From assembly GCA_934394585.1 (NCBI GenBank), contig CAKRQU010000007.1, forward strand, positions 3,343-67,342: 64,000 bases of DNA, in the 5' to 3' direction. Below are positions 36,233-46,639 of this stretch, piece after piece; the stretch's first letter is position 1, and each line of letters opens with the position of its first letter. The notes beneath the pieces are model-generated. The model saw only the letters and a program-made list of their open reading frames with translations. It made no database searches and had not been told where the DNA came from. This DNA comes from an uncultured Eubacteriales bacterium. GTDB lineage: Bacteria > Bacillota > Clostridia > Oscillospirales > CAG-272. The position numbers and the translations under genes are program-made.

Positions 36233-37437
36233 ACAATTTTACGGAAATCGAAGGCGTAAAGGAAAAGGACGCCGAAAAGGACGTTGCGGCGGAGGCTGAG
36301 ACCGAAATAAAAGCGCAAAACGAAGGCGGCACGGAAGCGAAGCAGCATAAAAACGAAATGCAGGAGCTGATAGAGCGCGCAAAGGCGAAGGGCTCTGTTT
36401 CAAGCAGCGAAATAATGTCCGTCATCGGCGACACGGATTATGATATCGACGCAGTGGACAAGCTTTACGAAACGCTTGAAAATATGGGCATAGATATCAC
36501 AGAATGTTTTGATGATATAGATGATATAGCCGACGACGATATAGAAAATGATATCGAAAGCTACGAAAGCGCGGAAAATATGGAGCAGATTCTCGCGCAG
36601 GAGGGGCTGGCGATAGACGACCCCGTAAAAATGTATCTGAAGGAAATAGGCAAAGTGCCGCTGCTCGCTCCGGAACGAGAACAGGAGCTTTCCAAAAGAA
36701 TGTCCGAGGGCGATGAAGCCGCAAAGCAGGAGCTGGTAGAGGCAAACCTCCGTCTTGTCGTAAGCATAGCAAAGCGCTATCTCGGAAAAGGGCTTTTCTT
36801 CCTCGATCTCATTCAGGAAGGAAACCTCGGTCTGATGAAGGCTGTTTCGAAATTTGACTATACAAAGGGATATAAATTTTCCACCTACGCGACATGGTGG
36901 ATACGTCAGGCGATAACCCGCGCCATAGCCGACCAGGCGAGAACAATCCGTATACCCGTGCACATGGTGGAAACCATTCATAAAGTGACAAAGGTTTCGC
37001 GCCAGATGCTTCAGGAGGAGGGCAGAGAATGCTCGCCCGACGAAATAGCAAAGAAAATGGGCATGAGCCCCGAAAAGGTGCGCGAAATAATAAAAATCGC
37101 GCAGGATCCCATTTCGCTCGAAACGCCCGTCGGCGAAGAAGAGGACAGCCATATAGGCGATTTCATAGAGGACAACACATCTCCCGCGCCTGCGGAGGCG
37201 ACATCGTATACGCTCCTGCGCGAGCAGCTCAGCGAGGTGCTTCATACGCTTACTCCGAGAGAGGAAAGCGTGCTTCGCCTGCGTTTCGGTCTGGAGGACG
37301 GAAGAACACGCACGCTCGAGGAAGTAGGTCAGCAGTTCAATATCACGAGAGAGCGCATAAGACAGATAGAAGCCAAGGCTCTGCGCAAGCTGCGCCACCC
37401 CAGCCGCTCCAAAAAGCTCAGAGATTATCTGGATTGA
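36229..37437 (+). CDS. rpoD: RNA polymerase primary sigma factor
   Basis: Acidic region 1, region 2.4 [27 protein letters not shown], and region 4. ATGA overlap with dnaG. Confidence 0.97.
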   Translation: MNNFTEIEGVKEKDAEKDVAAEAETEIKAQNEGGTEAKQHKNEMQELIERAKAKGSVSSSEIMSVIGDTDYDIDAVDKLYETLENMGIDITECFDDIDDIADDDIENDIESYESAENMEQILAQEGLAIDDPVKMYLKEIGKVPLLAPEREQELSKRMSEGDEAAKQELVEANLRLVVSIAKRYLGKGLFFLDLIQEGNLGLMKAVSKFDYTKGYKFSTYATWWIRQAITRAIADQARTIRIPVHMVETIHKVTKVSRQMLQEEGRECSPDEIAKKMGMSPEKVREIIKIAQDPISLETPVGEEEDSHIGDFIEDNTSPAPAEATSYTLLREQLSEVLHTLTPREESVLRLRFGLEDGRTRTLEEVGQQFNITRERIRQIEAKALRKLRHPSRSKKLRDYLD

Positions 37438-37504
37438 CGGTAAAAACAAGCTCTTTTAGGGAATATATATAATAATTGCGTACTTGTTTTGGATGATTTA
37501 CACA

Positions 37505-37533
37505 TTGACAGATTTGTGTATTTGATGTAAAAT
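37505..37533 (+). promoter_or_regulatory. sigma-A type promoter of the 1083-aa lipoprotein gene
   Basis: TTGACA, 17 bp, TAAAAT. Confidence 0.6.
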
Positions 37534-37602
37534 AAAATAGATAAATATTGGGGAAGTGTTCCCACACGAAATTTTGCAGGAAATCATACCCGGAGGTATA
37601 CC

Positions 37603-40600
37603 ATGCTTAAAAAAATCATAAGCCTTGCACTTTGTGTTGTCATGCTCGCCTGTGCCGTGCTTTTTACAGCCTGCGGTGAATACGAAGAAAAAAAGGAAAC
37701 CGGCACTGTACCGACGACCATAAGCATCGTCGGCATAACGGAAAAATCCACAAAGCAGGAGGATGTTGCCGCAGTAGAGGCGGCTCTGAACGAGATAACA
37801 AAGGCAAGATACAAAATAGCCATAAATCTCACTCTCGTCACAATGGATGAATACTACGACCTCGTGGACGAAAGAATCAAGACTGCCGAGTATTACAAAA
37901 ACGTAGACGCGGCTATACTTAATTACAACAATTACATGACGCAGAAAGCGAAAAGCAGCGCCGATGCCATCCAGAGCAGCAAGAACTCCAAAAAGAAATG
38001 GGTAAAAACCATTCAGACGGTAGCCGCTTCCACGCTCAGCACCAGACCCGTTTATACGGCTGAGGAAACCACCGTTTATGAGGACGGCACTATAGAAACC
38101 GTTTATCCCGAGGCTTCGTCGCCCATAGACATAGTTATGATTTCCGGAAGAGAAATGTACGATAAATTCGATTCCATGGATCTTCTCAACTCCGTGAAAA
38201 CATCGCTCAGCACAAATCCGAAGCTGAAGCAGTATATTTATCCCACATTTTTCGAGGAGCTGGAAAATATCACGGGCGACGTGAAAGCCGTACCGAATAA
38301 TAACCTGCTCGCAAATTACAAATATCTTATCGTAAACAAAAAGCTCGCCGACAAATACGACTACAATGTCACTTCTTTCTCCGATTATAACGACCTCGGC
38401 GAATTTCTCGCAAAGGTTAAAGAGGGCGAAGAGAATGTAAAGCCTTTTGCCGAGAAGCCCGATGCACTCGGTATTTACTATGCTTTTTCCGAGGATATAG
38501 CGATAGGCACTTATTTCAATCCCATTTACGGTTACGACACGGAAGAGGGAACGAGCTTTACCGTATCCAATCTTTTTGAGGTTCCGCAGTATACGAGATA
38601 TCTCCGCACGATGGAGGATTATACAAACAAGGGATACTTCGACGGCGATTCCGACGATTTTGCCGTAAAGGTTGTCACGGGCGACGCCTCCGTGGAAGCA
38701 ATGTACGGCGGCGACGACGGCGATTATTATGTAAAGGTTATACAGAATCCTTTTGTTACCGAAGAAGTTATTTTCAGAGGCATGCTCGCCATAACAAACT
38801 ATACTTCCAACTATGAAAGAGCGCTTTCCATAGTGGAAATGATGAATACCGACTCTCAGGTGAAAAACCTGCTCCAGTACGGTATCCAGGGCAAAAACTA
38901 CAAAGTGAATGCCGACGGCACGATAACAAGACTCAATCATGACTACATGATGGACAACAATCTCACGGGTAACGTTTACATGGGTTATCCCGAGGAGGGC
39001 ATGTCCGCCGACGCATGGAGCTATGTAAAGCAGACAAACCTTGAATCCGCCGCTTCTCCGTTCCTGATTTATGATATAACCGATGCGAAGATAGACTCTC
39101 TGATGGACGATATAATAAAGAGAGCGATAATGAACGAGGCGCTCGCTCCGCAGGGAATAAGCTACGACACTTATGTGGACGCACAGGGTACTGCCGACGG
39201 TGAAAAATATCACTCCAAGTTCCGTAAAAACAACGAAACTTTCTTTAAAGAAAAACTCGCACAAGCAGGCGTTGTTTCCAGCTCGATAAACAGCGTTTTC
39301 AATAACCTCACCCACAAAATTTATAATGTGGAATGGTATGAAAAAACTTATGTCAACTATGTAAAAGAGCAGAAATTCAGCAATATAAGCACCGAAAGCG
39401 GTATAGACGCGCTCATAAAGAAAGAAATCGCTTCCGTTGTAGGCGTGGTATACGGCAAAGACGAAAGCAAGAGCAACTCTTTCGAAGCATTCCGTGAAAA
39501 CGCTCAGGATTATTATTCCAATATCGAGCATCTGAGAATAATGACAAAGCTCACGATATTCAAGGATATGAGCGAAGAGGATCTCGCAAAATACGACAAT
39601 CTCTCAAATACGGATTTCGAGCAGGCTGTATTCGAATACGTAAAGCAGAACTATATAGAAGAAAACAACATCACCGATGAAGCTTATGACAAGCTGATAA
39701 AGGACTTCATCGCAAGCACTATCACCCAGATAGACAATCTCACAAAGAAAACCTACAGCATCTCATGGGATGTATATCAGGAAACAAAATCCTCCGCTAT
39801 GGTATTCCAGAATGCCGCAGAAAAGCTGAAATCCGCTTACGGCGAGCTTCTTCTCACGAAGAACAGCCAGAGCGATATAGACGCGATGGACGCGCTGGAG
39901 CTTTGCGATGCAGTTCACGAGGTTCTGTATGCAAAATATCTTTCCGAAAACGGAACGACAAAGAAATATTTCGAAGATGAGCTGAAAGATATCATAGCCG
40001 CTCCCACGGGTCTTACCTACATGGATATGATAGCAAAGAGGGCGGACAGCATAACCTACGGCGGATATATGTCCAAAGTAAGAAGCAAATACAAATCCGT
40101 GATAGTTGCCGCTTATTCTCTCGAAGAATACAAGGCGGGAACAGATGCGATTTCCAATGACGATGTAATAAATACCATACTTGACCACCTGATAGAAGAG
40201 CGCACGGGCATTTACAAAGAAATGCGCGGCGTGATGGGCATGAGCGAATCCGAGTATAAAGAAGCATCCGAGGATATGCAGAATTTCAAATCCTTCGCAC
40301 GCAAAATGCGCGATGATGCTTACTATACGCTCGCTACCGAATATACGGCAGCACAGATAGATTCCTTCAATCTCAATGATGTGGACAGCATAGTTTACGA
40401 CATAATGTCGAGAACAGGTTTCTATACAAACGTAATGGCTCAGTATGTCGGCAAGGAACTCGGCGGCAGAAGCGGCTACATGAATGCGAAGAGTAAATCC
40501 GTAAAATATACGGAAGCGATGAATAAGCTCATTGCCAGATACGAATCCGATTTTGTGGCTGCCGGCTATACGATGACCGAAATCAGAAGCATGAACCCCG

Positions 40601-40854
40601 AGGATGTCGAAACAATCATCTACGATCTGCTTCATGACAAATACACGGCTCAGTTCAGCCAGATAAACGATCTTCTCAAGGATGCATGCAAAAAGTATAT
40701 AAGCGGCATTGATACGACAGAAGACGTAGGCACGCTTTGCGACGAAGCCGCAAAGGCACTGAATGACGACGGTCTTTTCAGATCCGTAGTGGAAACGCTC
40801 GCAAGACAGGTAAAAGAAAAACTCGCTGCACTTGAATCGGCAAACAGCAAATAA
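37603..40854 (+). CDS. very large (1083 aa) lipoprotein of unknown function; the N-terminal part loosely resembles extracellular solute-binding proteins
   Basis: Lipobox LFTAC-GEYE, GGAGG RBS and coding-like composition throughout. The antisense 677-aa and 365-aa ORFs are shadows. Confidence 0.85.
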   Translation: MLKKIISLALCVVMLACAVLFTACGEYEEKKETGTVPTTISIVGITEKSTKQEDVAAVEAALNEITKARYKIAINLTLVTMDEYYDLVDERIKTAEYYKNVDAAILNYNNYMTQKAKSSADAIQSSKNSKKKWVKTIQTVAASTLSTRPVYTAEETTVYEDGTIETVYPEASSPIDIVMISGREMYDKFDSMDLLNSVKTSLSTNPKLKQYIYPTFFEELENITGDVKAVPNNNLLANYKYLIVNKKLADKYDYNVTSFSDYNDLGEFLAKVKEGEENVKPFAEKPDALGIYYAFSEDIAIGTYFNPIYGYDTEEGTSFTVSNLFEVPQYTRYLRTMEDYTNKGYFDGDSDDFAVKVVTGDASVEAMYGGDDGDYYVKVIQNPFVTEEVIFRGMLAITNYTSNYERALSIVEMMNTDSQVKNLLQYGIQGKNYKVNADGTITRLNHDYMMDNNLTGNVYMGYPEEGMSADAWSYVKQTNLESAASPFLIYDITDAKIDSLMDDIIKRAIMNEALAPQGISYDTYVDAQGTADGEKYHSKFRKNNETFFKEKLAQAGVVSSSINSVFNNLTHKIYNVEWYEKTYVNYVKEQKFSNISTESGIDALIKKEIASVVGVVYGKDESKSNSFEAFRENAQDYYSNIEHLRIMTKLTIFKDMSEEDLAKYDNLSNTDFEQAVFEYVKQNYIEENNITDEAYDKLIKDFIASTITQIDNLTKKTYSISWDVYQETKSSAMVFQNAAEKLKSAYGELLLTKNSQSDIDAMDALELCDAVHEVLYAKYLSENGTTKKYFEDELKDIIAAPTGLTYMDMIAKRADSITYGGYMSKVRSKYKSVIVAAYSLEEYKAGTDAISNDDVINTILDHLIEERTGIYKEMRGVMGMSESEYKEASEDMQNFKSFARKMRDDAYYTLATEYTAAQIDSFNLNDVDSIVYDIMSRTGFYTNVMAQYVGKELGGRSGYMNAKSKSVKYTEAMNKLIARYESDFVAAGYTMTEIRSMNPEDVETIIYDLLHDKYTAQFSQINDLLKDACKKYISGIDTTEDVGTLCDEAAKALNDDGLFRSVVETLARQVKEKLAALESANSK

Positions 40855-40870
40855 AAGCAATCATAAGAAA

Positions 40871-40927
40871 TCAAAACTCCGACAGCGCTCAAAGGCTGTC
40901 GGAGTTTTTGTTTGATACAAAGCGCAA
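40871..40927 (-). repeat. 57-nt hairpin repeat (copy 2), acting as a bidirectional terminator between convergent genes
   Basis: AAAACTCCGACAG-loop-CTGTCGGAGTTTTTG. The reverse complement aligns with 29234-29290. Confidence 0.75.
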
Positions 40928-40957
40928 AAAACCGCCATGGGCGAATAAAACTCGCAC

Positions 40958-41185
40958 TTATCGTGCTTTTTTGTGTTTTGAAGCTTGATTGAGCGCTGTC
41001 ACGGGTATATCGTAAATATCCGTATAAGCCTCTGCTTCGGCACCGTTTTCCGGTATATGCTGGGTTATGCCCGTGCATTCGTTTGCGCATGCTATGGGAT
41101 TTGATGTGAGTGCATCCCGCGAATAGCGGCAGGGATCATTCATTTTTATTGTTCTTTTTGCTTTTGCTTCTTTTCCGGGTATCAT
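40958..41185 (-). CDS. hypothetical small protein (75 aa)
   Basis: Strong RBS GGAGG 8 nt before the ATG and a terminator hairpin downstream. No family recognised. Confidence 0.55.
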   Translation of the reverse strand: MIPGKEAKAKRTIKMNDPCRYSRDALTSNPIACANECTGITQHIPENGAEAEAYTDIYDIPVTALNQASKHKKAR

Positions 41186-41254
41186 ATTATCATCCTCCGT
41201 TCATGATTATTTTTATCAATCGGGTGTTTTTTATACCGTATTTTCAAAATAGAC

Positions 41255-41283
41255 TTGAATTTGAACGGCTTTTGTTATATAAT
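41255..41283 (+). promoter_or_regulatory. sigma-A type promoter of prfA
   Basis: TTGAAT, 17 bp, TATAAT. Confidence 0.6.
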
Positions 41284-41327
41284 GTAAATTGATAAGATAG
41301 GCGAATTCATTAGAAGGAAAAATTTTC

Positions 41328-42422
41328 ATGCTTGAAAAACTGAAAGAAATAGAAGAAAAATTTGTAGGGATAGAAGCCGAGCTGGCAAAGCCGGAGATTG
41401 TTTCGGACAAAGATAAATTCCGCGCGCTGATGAAGGAGCACAAAACACTCCTGCCGATAGTGGAAAAATACAGAAGTTACTGCGCGGAAAAGAAAAACGA
41501 AACGGACGCCGAGGAGATTTTGACCGAAACGCACGATCCCGAAATGAAGAAAATGGCACAGGAGGAAAGAGCGGCATCAAAAGAAAAATGCAGGGAGTAT
41601 CTCGACGAGCTCCAGCTTTTGCTTTTGCCGCACGACCCGAATGACGACAAAAACGTAATAATAGAGATACGCGGGGGCGCAGGCGGCGACGAAGCGGCGC
41701 TTTTTGCCTATAATCTCTACCGCATGTATACGATGTATGCCGCTTCCGTCGGCTGGAAAACCGAAATAATAGAGCTGAACGAAACTGAGCTGGGCGGTTT
41801 TAAAGAGGTTTCGTTCCTCGTGGAGGGAGAGGGCGCATATTCAAAGCTGAAATTCGAAAGCGGAGTGCACAGAGTGCAGCGCGTCCCCGAAACGGAGGCG
41901 AGCGGCAGAATACACACATCCACCGTGACGGTGGCTGTGCTTCCCGAAGCGGAGGATATAGAAATAGAGATAAATCCTGCGGATATAAAACTGGAATCAT
42001 GCAAAAGCAGCGGCGCCGGCGGTCAGCACGTAAACAAAACGGAAAGCGCCGTGCGTCTGACGCACAAGCCCACCGGCATAGTAATAGAATGTCAGGAGGA
42101 GCGCAGCCAGTTTAAAAACAGAGACAAGGCAATGAAATTGCTCCGCACCAAGCTTTACGACATGGAGAGGACAAAGCGCGACAGCGAGCTTGCTTCTGCG
42201 CGCAAAAGTCAGGTCGGCACAGGCGATCGGAGCGAGAGAATAAGGACATACAACTATCCGCAGGGGCGCATCACCGACCACAGGATAGGACTGACGGTAT
42301 ATAATTTCGAAAACTTTCTCGCGGGCGACATCGGCGCTATGATAAACGCATTGACAGCCGCCGATACGGCGGAAAAGCTGAAGGGCAACGGCAATGAAAA
42401 CAGAGATAATAAAAATAAATGA
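41328..42422 (+). CDS. prfA: peptide chain release factor 1
   Basis: The RVPETE tripeptide-anticodon region (PxT) and the SGAGGQHVNKTESAVR GGQ motif. Confidence 0.97.
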   Translation: MLEKLKEIEEKFVGIEAELAKPEIVSDKDKFRALMKEHKTLLPIVEKYRSYCAEKKNETDAEEILTETHDPEMKKMAQEERAASKEKCREYLDELQLLLLPHDPNDDKNVIIEIRGGAGGDEAALFAYNLYRMYTMYAASVGWKTEIIELNETELGGFKEVSFLVEGEGAYSKLKFESGVHRVQRVPETEASGRIHTSTVTVAVLPEAEDIEIEINPADIKLESCKSSGAGGQHVNKTESAVRLTHKPTGIVIECQEERSQFKNRDKAMKLLRTKLYDMERTKRDSELASARKSQVGTGDRSERIRTYNYPQGRITDHRIGLTVYNFENFLAGDIGAMINALTAADTAEKLKGNGNENRDNKNK

Positions 42423-43446
42423 CGGCGAGCCGAGCGCGGAGCTGCTGGAACGCGCGGCAGAGGTAATACGCGGCGGAGGACTGGTGGCTTTTCCGACGGA
42501 AACGGTTTACGGACTGGGCGCAAACGGGCTGGATGCCGCGGCGAGCTCTAAAATTTATGCGGCAAAGGGTAGACCGAGCGACAATCCTCTTATTCTGCAT
42601 ATAGACGAGCCTTCAAAAGCGGAACTGTATGCATACACATGTGAGGAATACTACGCTCTGGCAAGAAAATTCATGCCGGGTCCGCTCACGGTGATATTGC
42701 CAAAGCGCGATATCGTGCCGAAAACCACTACGGGCGGACTTTGCAGCGTGGCTTTGCGATGCCCCGTAAACAAAACGGCGCGTGAATTTATTGAAATATG
42801 CGATCTGCCCATAGCGGCGCCGAGCGCAAATATATCGGGAAAACCGAGCCCGACATGTGCGGCGCATGTTTTGCATGATATGGACGGGCGCATAGATATG
42901 ATAATAGACGGCGGAGAATGCGATATCGGCGTGGAATCCACTATAGTGGAGCTGAAAAACGGGAAAGCGACGCTTCTTCGTCCCGGCGCGATAACGCTCG
43001 AAATGTTGCGCGGGGTTCTCGGCGATGTCGCTGTGGATCCCACAGTCACGCACATACCGGAGGCGGGCATGGTGCCGAAAGCCCCGGGAATGAAATACCG
43101 GCATTATGCGCCGAGTGCGCCGACGTTTCTTCTTTGCGACGATAAAAGCAGTGATTTTGATATGCGCGCCGTGCGTTTTCTGGACGCGAAAAAGCGCGAG
43201 GACGACAAAACAGGCATACTTTGCTTTGAGGAATACATGCCGGAGCTGGCGGGAAAATACACCGTAAGCCTCGGCGCCAAGAATAACGAGAGGGAACACG
43301 CAAAAAGGCTTTTTGCCGCATTGCGCAGATTTGACGAAATGGGAGTTTCCCGCATATATGCCACCGTTTCGAGCACGGGCGATGAGGGGCTTGCCTTTTA
43401 CAACAGGATGCTGAAGGCTTCCGGCTACAATACGGTGGAAATATGA
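42394..43446 (+). CDS. tsaC: L-threonylcarbamoyladenylate synthase (Sua5/YwlC type)
   Basis: YrdC domain (VAFPTETVYGLGAN, KGRPSDNPLILH) plus a Sua5 C-terminal domain. Confidence 0.9.
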   Translation: MKTEIIKINDGEPSAELLERAAEVIRGGGLVAFPTETVYGLGANGLDAAASSKIYAAKGRPSDNPLILHIDEPSKAELYAYTCEEYYALARKFMPGPLTVILPKRDIVPKTTTGGLCSVALRCPVNKTAREFIEICDLPIAAPSANISGKPSPTCAAHVLHDMDGRIDMIIDGGECDIGVESTIVELKNGKATLLRPGAITLEMLRGVLGDVAVDPTVTHIPEAGMVPKAPGMKYRHYAPSAPTFLLCDDKSSDFDMRAVRFLDAKKREDDKTGILCFEEYMPELAGKYTVSLGAKNNEREHAKRLFAALRRFDEMGVSRIYATVSSTGDEGLAFYNRMLKASGYNTVEI

Positions 43447-43471
43447 AAACGAAAGCGGCACGGTGGTTTAT

Positions 43472-44044
43472 ATGATTATCGGAATAACGGGCGGCAGCGG
43501 CAGCGGAAAAAGCAGACTCGCATCACTTTTTGCCGCGGACGGATTTTATATCATAGATTGCGATGCGCTGGTGCACAGCCTGTATGGGACGGACGAATAT
43601 AAAAAAGCCATACTGCGGGCTTTTCCCGATGCATCAGACGGCGGCGAAATAAGCCGCGCGAGGCTTGCAAAAATCGTTTTTTCCGATCCCGCAATGCTGA
43701 AAAAACTGAATGAAACGGTTTTGCCAATGATACGCGCGGCAGTGCTTTCCGCGGCGGAAAGCGCGCGGGGATATCGCGGCACGGTACTCGATGCGCCGAC
43801 GCTTTTCGAGGCGGGGCTGGAAAAGGAATGCGATTTTGTGATAGGCGTGACCGCAAAAAAAGAGCTGCGCACGGGGCGCATACGTCTGCGCGACGGCATT
43901 TCGGAAGAAGCGGCGCTGGCACGCATAAATTCCCAGAAAAGCGATGATTTTTACATGGCAAACTGCGACTTCACGGTTTCAAATAACGACGACGGGGAAC
44001 TGGAGCGGGAATACACCGATATTATAAAAAAGATTGGAGCCTGA
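43472..44044 (+). CDS. coaE: dephospho-CoA kinase
   Basis: MIIGITGGSGSGKS P-loop start. The track GTG at 43463 is an alternative start. Confidence 0.9.
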   Translation: MIIGITGGSGSGKSRLASLFAADGFYIIDCDALVHSLYGTDEYKKAILRAFPDASDGGEISRARLAKIVFSDPAMLKKLNETVLPMIRAAVLSAAESARGYRGTVLDAPTLFEAGLEKECDFVIGVTAKKELRTGRIRLRDGISEEAALARINSQKSDDFYMANCDFTVSNNDDGELEREYTDIIKKIGA

Positions 44045-45138
44045 TGATGACAAAAAGACGCCCGTTTCTTTTATTTCTGCGGATAATTTTTCTCGCCGTG
44101 CTTATATCGGCGTCGGTTTTTCTGACTTTTTCGGAGGCAAAGCGCCGCGAGAGAATGATAGATTTTGCCGATGTTTATCCCATAGTGCAAAAATATTCCG
44201 CCATGTACGGAATAGAAGAAAATCTGCTGCTCGCCATGATATGCACGGCAAGCAATTTCGACGCAAATGCGACATCCGCTTCCGGTGCGATAGGGCTGAT
44301 GCAGATTTCCCCCGCGACGTACAGCGGCGATATAAAGACGCGCATGGGTATAAACGAAAGTGAAAATATGCTTTACGACGCAGATTTCAATGTGCGTTGC
44401 GGCGCATATTATCTGCGCGTATGGCTGGATTATTACAATTCGCCGATACTGGCGCTCGCGGCATATAATGCGGGCGCGGGAAATGTGCGCGCGTGGATAC
44501 AAAATCCCGAATACGCCGAGGGCGGCGAGCTGAAAACAGACAAAATTCCCTCTGCCGGCACGGCACAATATATAAAATCCGTAATGAAGCATTACGACGA
44601 TTACAACAAAAAATACGGCGAGGCAAAAGCGGTACGCAAGGTAAATACGGATGAAAAAAGATATGTTTCACGCGAGCTTTGCTTTGAATTTGCGAAAAAA
44701 TACGGGGCAATATACGATGTGGACCCCTATCTCATAATATCCGTGGCGGAGGTGGAAAGCGGTTTCAACGCGAATGCGCTTTCAAAATCGAATGCCATGG
44801 GGCTTACTCAGATAAAGCCCGATACATACCGCGTGGATATCGCGGCAAATCTCTGCATAGACGACCCGCCGGAGAGGCTTTACGATCCGGAATTTTCGAT
44901 AAAATGCTGCGCATACTATCTTTCATGGTTGCAAACGCGGCTGAAAAGAGTGGGCACGGGTTCGCCGTGGCAGACGGCGGCGGCATATCACGGCGGCATA
45001 AACAAAGTCCGCGGCTGGCTTTCCGACGGGGAATACAGCGAGTGCGGCGAGCTGATTTATGAAAAGCTCCCCGATGCCGCGACGAAAAGATATGTGGAAA
45101 AAATAAGAGAAGCATACGATTTTTGGAAAAATAAATAA
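44044..45138 (+). CDS. membrane-anchored lytic transglycosylase with two SLT domains
   Basis: N-terminal TM segment and two SLT catalytic regions (GLMQISPATY and GLTQIKPDTY, each followed by AYNAG/AYHGG). Confidence 0.85.
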   Translation: MMTKRRPFLLFLRIIFLAVLISASVFLTFSEAKRRERMIDFADVYPIVQKYSAMYGIEENLLLAMICTASNFDANATSASGAIGLMQISPATYSGDIKTRMGINESENMLYDADFNVRCGAYYLRVWLDYYNSPILALAAYNAGAGNVRAWIQNPEYAEGGELKTDKIPSAGTAQYIKSVMKHYDDYNKKYGEAKAVRKVNTDEKRYVSRELCFEFAKKYGAIYDVDPYLIISVAEVESGFNANALSKSNAMGLTQIKPDTYRVDIAANLCIDDPPERLYDPEFSIKCCAYYLSWLQTRLKRVGTGSPWQTAAAYHGGINKVRGWLSDGEYSECGELIYEKLPDAATKRYVEKIREAYDFWKNK

Positions 45139-45163
45139 TTTTACATAAAGAAAGGAAAAAATC

Positions 45164-46582
45164 ATGGAAGAAACAAATGTAAAAAAAGACGAAAAGTCTG
45201 CAGTTGACTCTCTGAAAGAGGAGCTTTTTTTCAAAAGCCAGAACGCTTTTGAGCAGATGGACGAAGCCGAAACGGAAAAATGCTTTGACTATGCGAAAAA
45301 TTACGCAAAATTTCTTAACAGCGGCAAAACCGAGCGCGAATGCGTAAAGACCGCTGTGGAAATGCTGGAAGAAAAGGGTTTTATCCCCTTTGATTTCGGA
45401 ATGAAGGTAAACGCGGGAGAAAAATACTATTACAACAACCGCGGCAAGAGCCTCGTGGCTTTCATTATGGGCAGCGAAGGACTGGAAAACGGCGTTTATA
45501 TGTCGGCGGCTCATATAGATTCCCCGAGAATAGACCTGAAGCAGCATCCGCTTTATGAAGCAGACGGTTTCGGATTTTTCAAAACACATTACTACGGTGG
45601 CATAAAGAAATATCAGTGGACTACCATTCCGCTCGCAGTTCACGGCGTAGTGGCAAAGAAAGACGGCAGCGTCGTTGAAGTAACAGTGGGCGAAGACGAT
45701 GATGATCCCGTATTTTATATAACAGATCTGCTTCCGCATCTCGCAGGCGGTCAGATGTCCAAAACAGGCGGAAATTTAATCGCAGGCGAACAGCTGAATA
45801 TTCTCATCGGTTCACGCCCCTACAGCGAAAAGACAGGCGAGGGCATAAAGCTGAACATAATGAAAATACTCAATGAGAAATACGGCATAACAGAGGGCGA
45901 TTTCATGAGCGCCGAGCTGGAAATGGTGCCTGCCGCAAAGGCAAGAGATATAGGTTTTGACCGCAGCATGATAGGCGCTTACGGTCATGACGACAGAGTG
46001 TGCGCTTACCCCACGCTGACGGCTCTCATGGAAACGGAAAAGCCGAAGCACACCGTAATGGCTATCCTCGCCGACAAGGAAGAGATAGGCAGCGAAGGCA
46101 ACAGCGGCATGAAGAGCGAAGTTTATTTCGATATTATCGCCGATCTCGCAAATACCATGGGCGTTTCCGACGCAGTGGTGAGAAGAAGCTCGAAATGCCT
46201 TTCTTCCGACGTAAATGCGGCTTATGATCCCAATTTTGCCGAGGTTCACGAGAGAAGAAACACGTGTTTTGCCAACGGCGGCGTGGTAATAACGAAATTT
46301 ACGGGCGCACGCGGCAAATCCGGCTCGAACGATGCTTCCGCCGAATTCATGGGCTTTGTCCGCGGCGTGCTCGATGACGCGGGCGTAGTATGGCAGACCT
46401 CCGAGCTCGGCAAGGTAGATGCAGGCGGCGGCGGTACTGTGGCTATGTATATCGCGCAGAAGAATGTCGATGTGGTAGACCTCGGAGTTCCCGTGCTTTC
46501 CATGCATGCGCCCTACGAAGTTGTCGCAAAGACAGACGTTTATATGACGCACAAAGCTATCGCGGCTTTCTTTGCAAAATAA
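45164..46582 (+). CDS. M18 family aminopeptidase
   Basis: Length and motifs (AHIDSPR, GHDDRVC, EEIGSEG, MHAPYE) are typical of M18 aminopeptidases. Confidence 0.88.
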   Translation: MEETNVKKDEKSAVDSLKEELFFKSQNAFEQMDEAETEKCFDYAKNYAKFLNSGKTERECVKTAVEMLEEKGFIPFDFGMKVNAGEKYYYNNRGKSLVAFIMGSEGLENGVYMSAAHIDSPRIDLKQHPLYEADGFGFFKTHYYGGIKKYQWTTIPLAVHGVVAKKDGSVVEVTVGEDDDDPVFYITDLLPHLAGGQMSKTGGNLIAGEQLNILIGSRPYSEKTGEGIKLNIMKILNEKYGITEGDFMSAELEMVPAAKARDIGFDRSMIGAYGHDDRVCAYPTLTALMETEKPKHTVMAILADKEEIGSEGNSGMKSEVYFDIIADLANTMGVSDAVVRRSSKCLSSDVNAAYDPNFAEVHERRNTCFANGGVVITKFTGARGKSGSNDASAEFMGFVRGVLDDAGVVWQTSELGKVDAGGGGTVAMYIAQKNVDVVDLGVPVLSMHAPYEVVAKTDVYMTHKAIAAFFAK

Positions 46583-46596
46583 GCAAATATGAAAAG

Positions 46597-46628
46597 AACC
46601 CCGTCTGCAATTTGCAGACGGGGTTTTG
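46597..46628. terminator. bidirectional intrinsic terminator
   Basis: AACCCCGTCTGCA-AAT-TGCAGACGGGGTT between convergent genes. Confidence 0.85.
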
Positions 46629-46639
46629 TGATAGATAGA

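Noticed and set aside
37498-39531. Long antisense ORFs opposite real genes. Examples: 37498..39531 (677 aa), 39763..40860, 5115..6377, 56182..57567, 58890..60143, 27640..29241, 21159..22247, 47084..48052, 62653..63633.
   Set aside because: They mirror well-supported genes on the other strand. They have odd composition (rich in F, I, Y, C, R, H), no RBS and no recognisable motifs. These are shadow ORFs typical of this codon usage.
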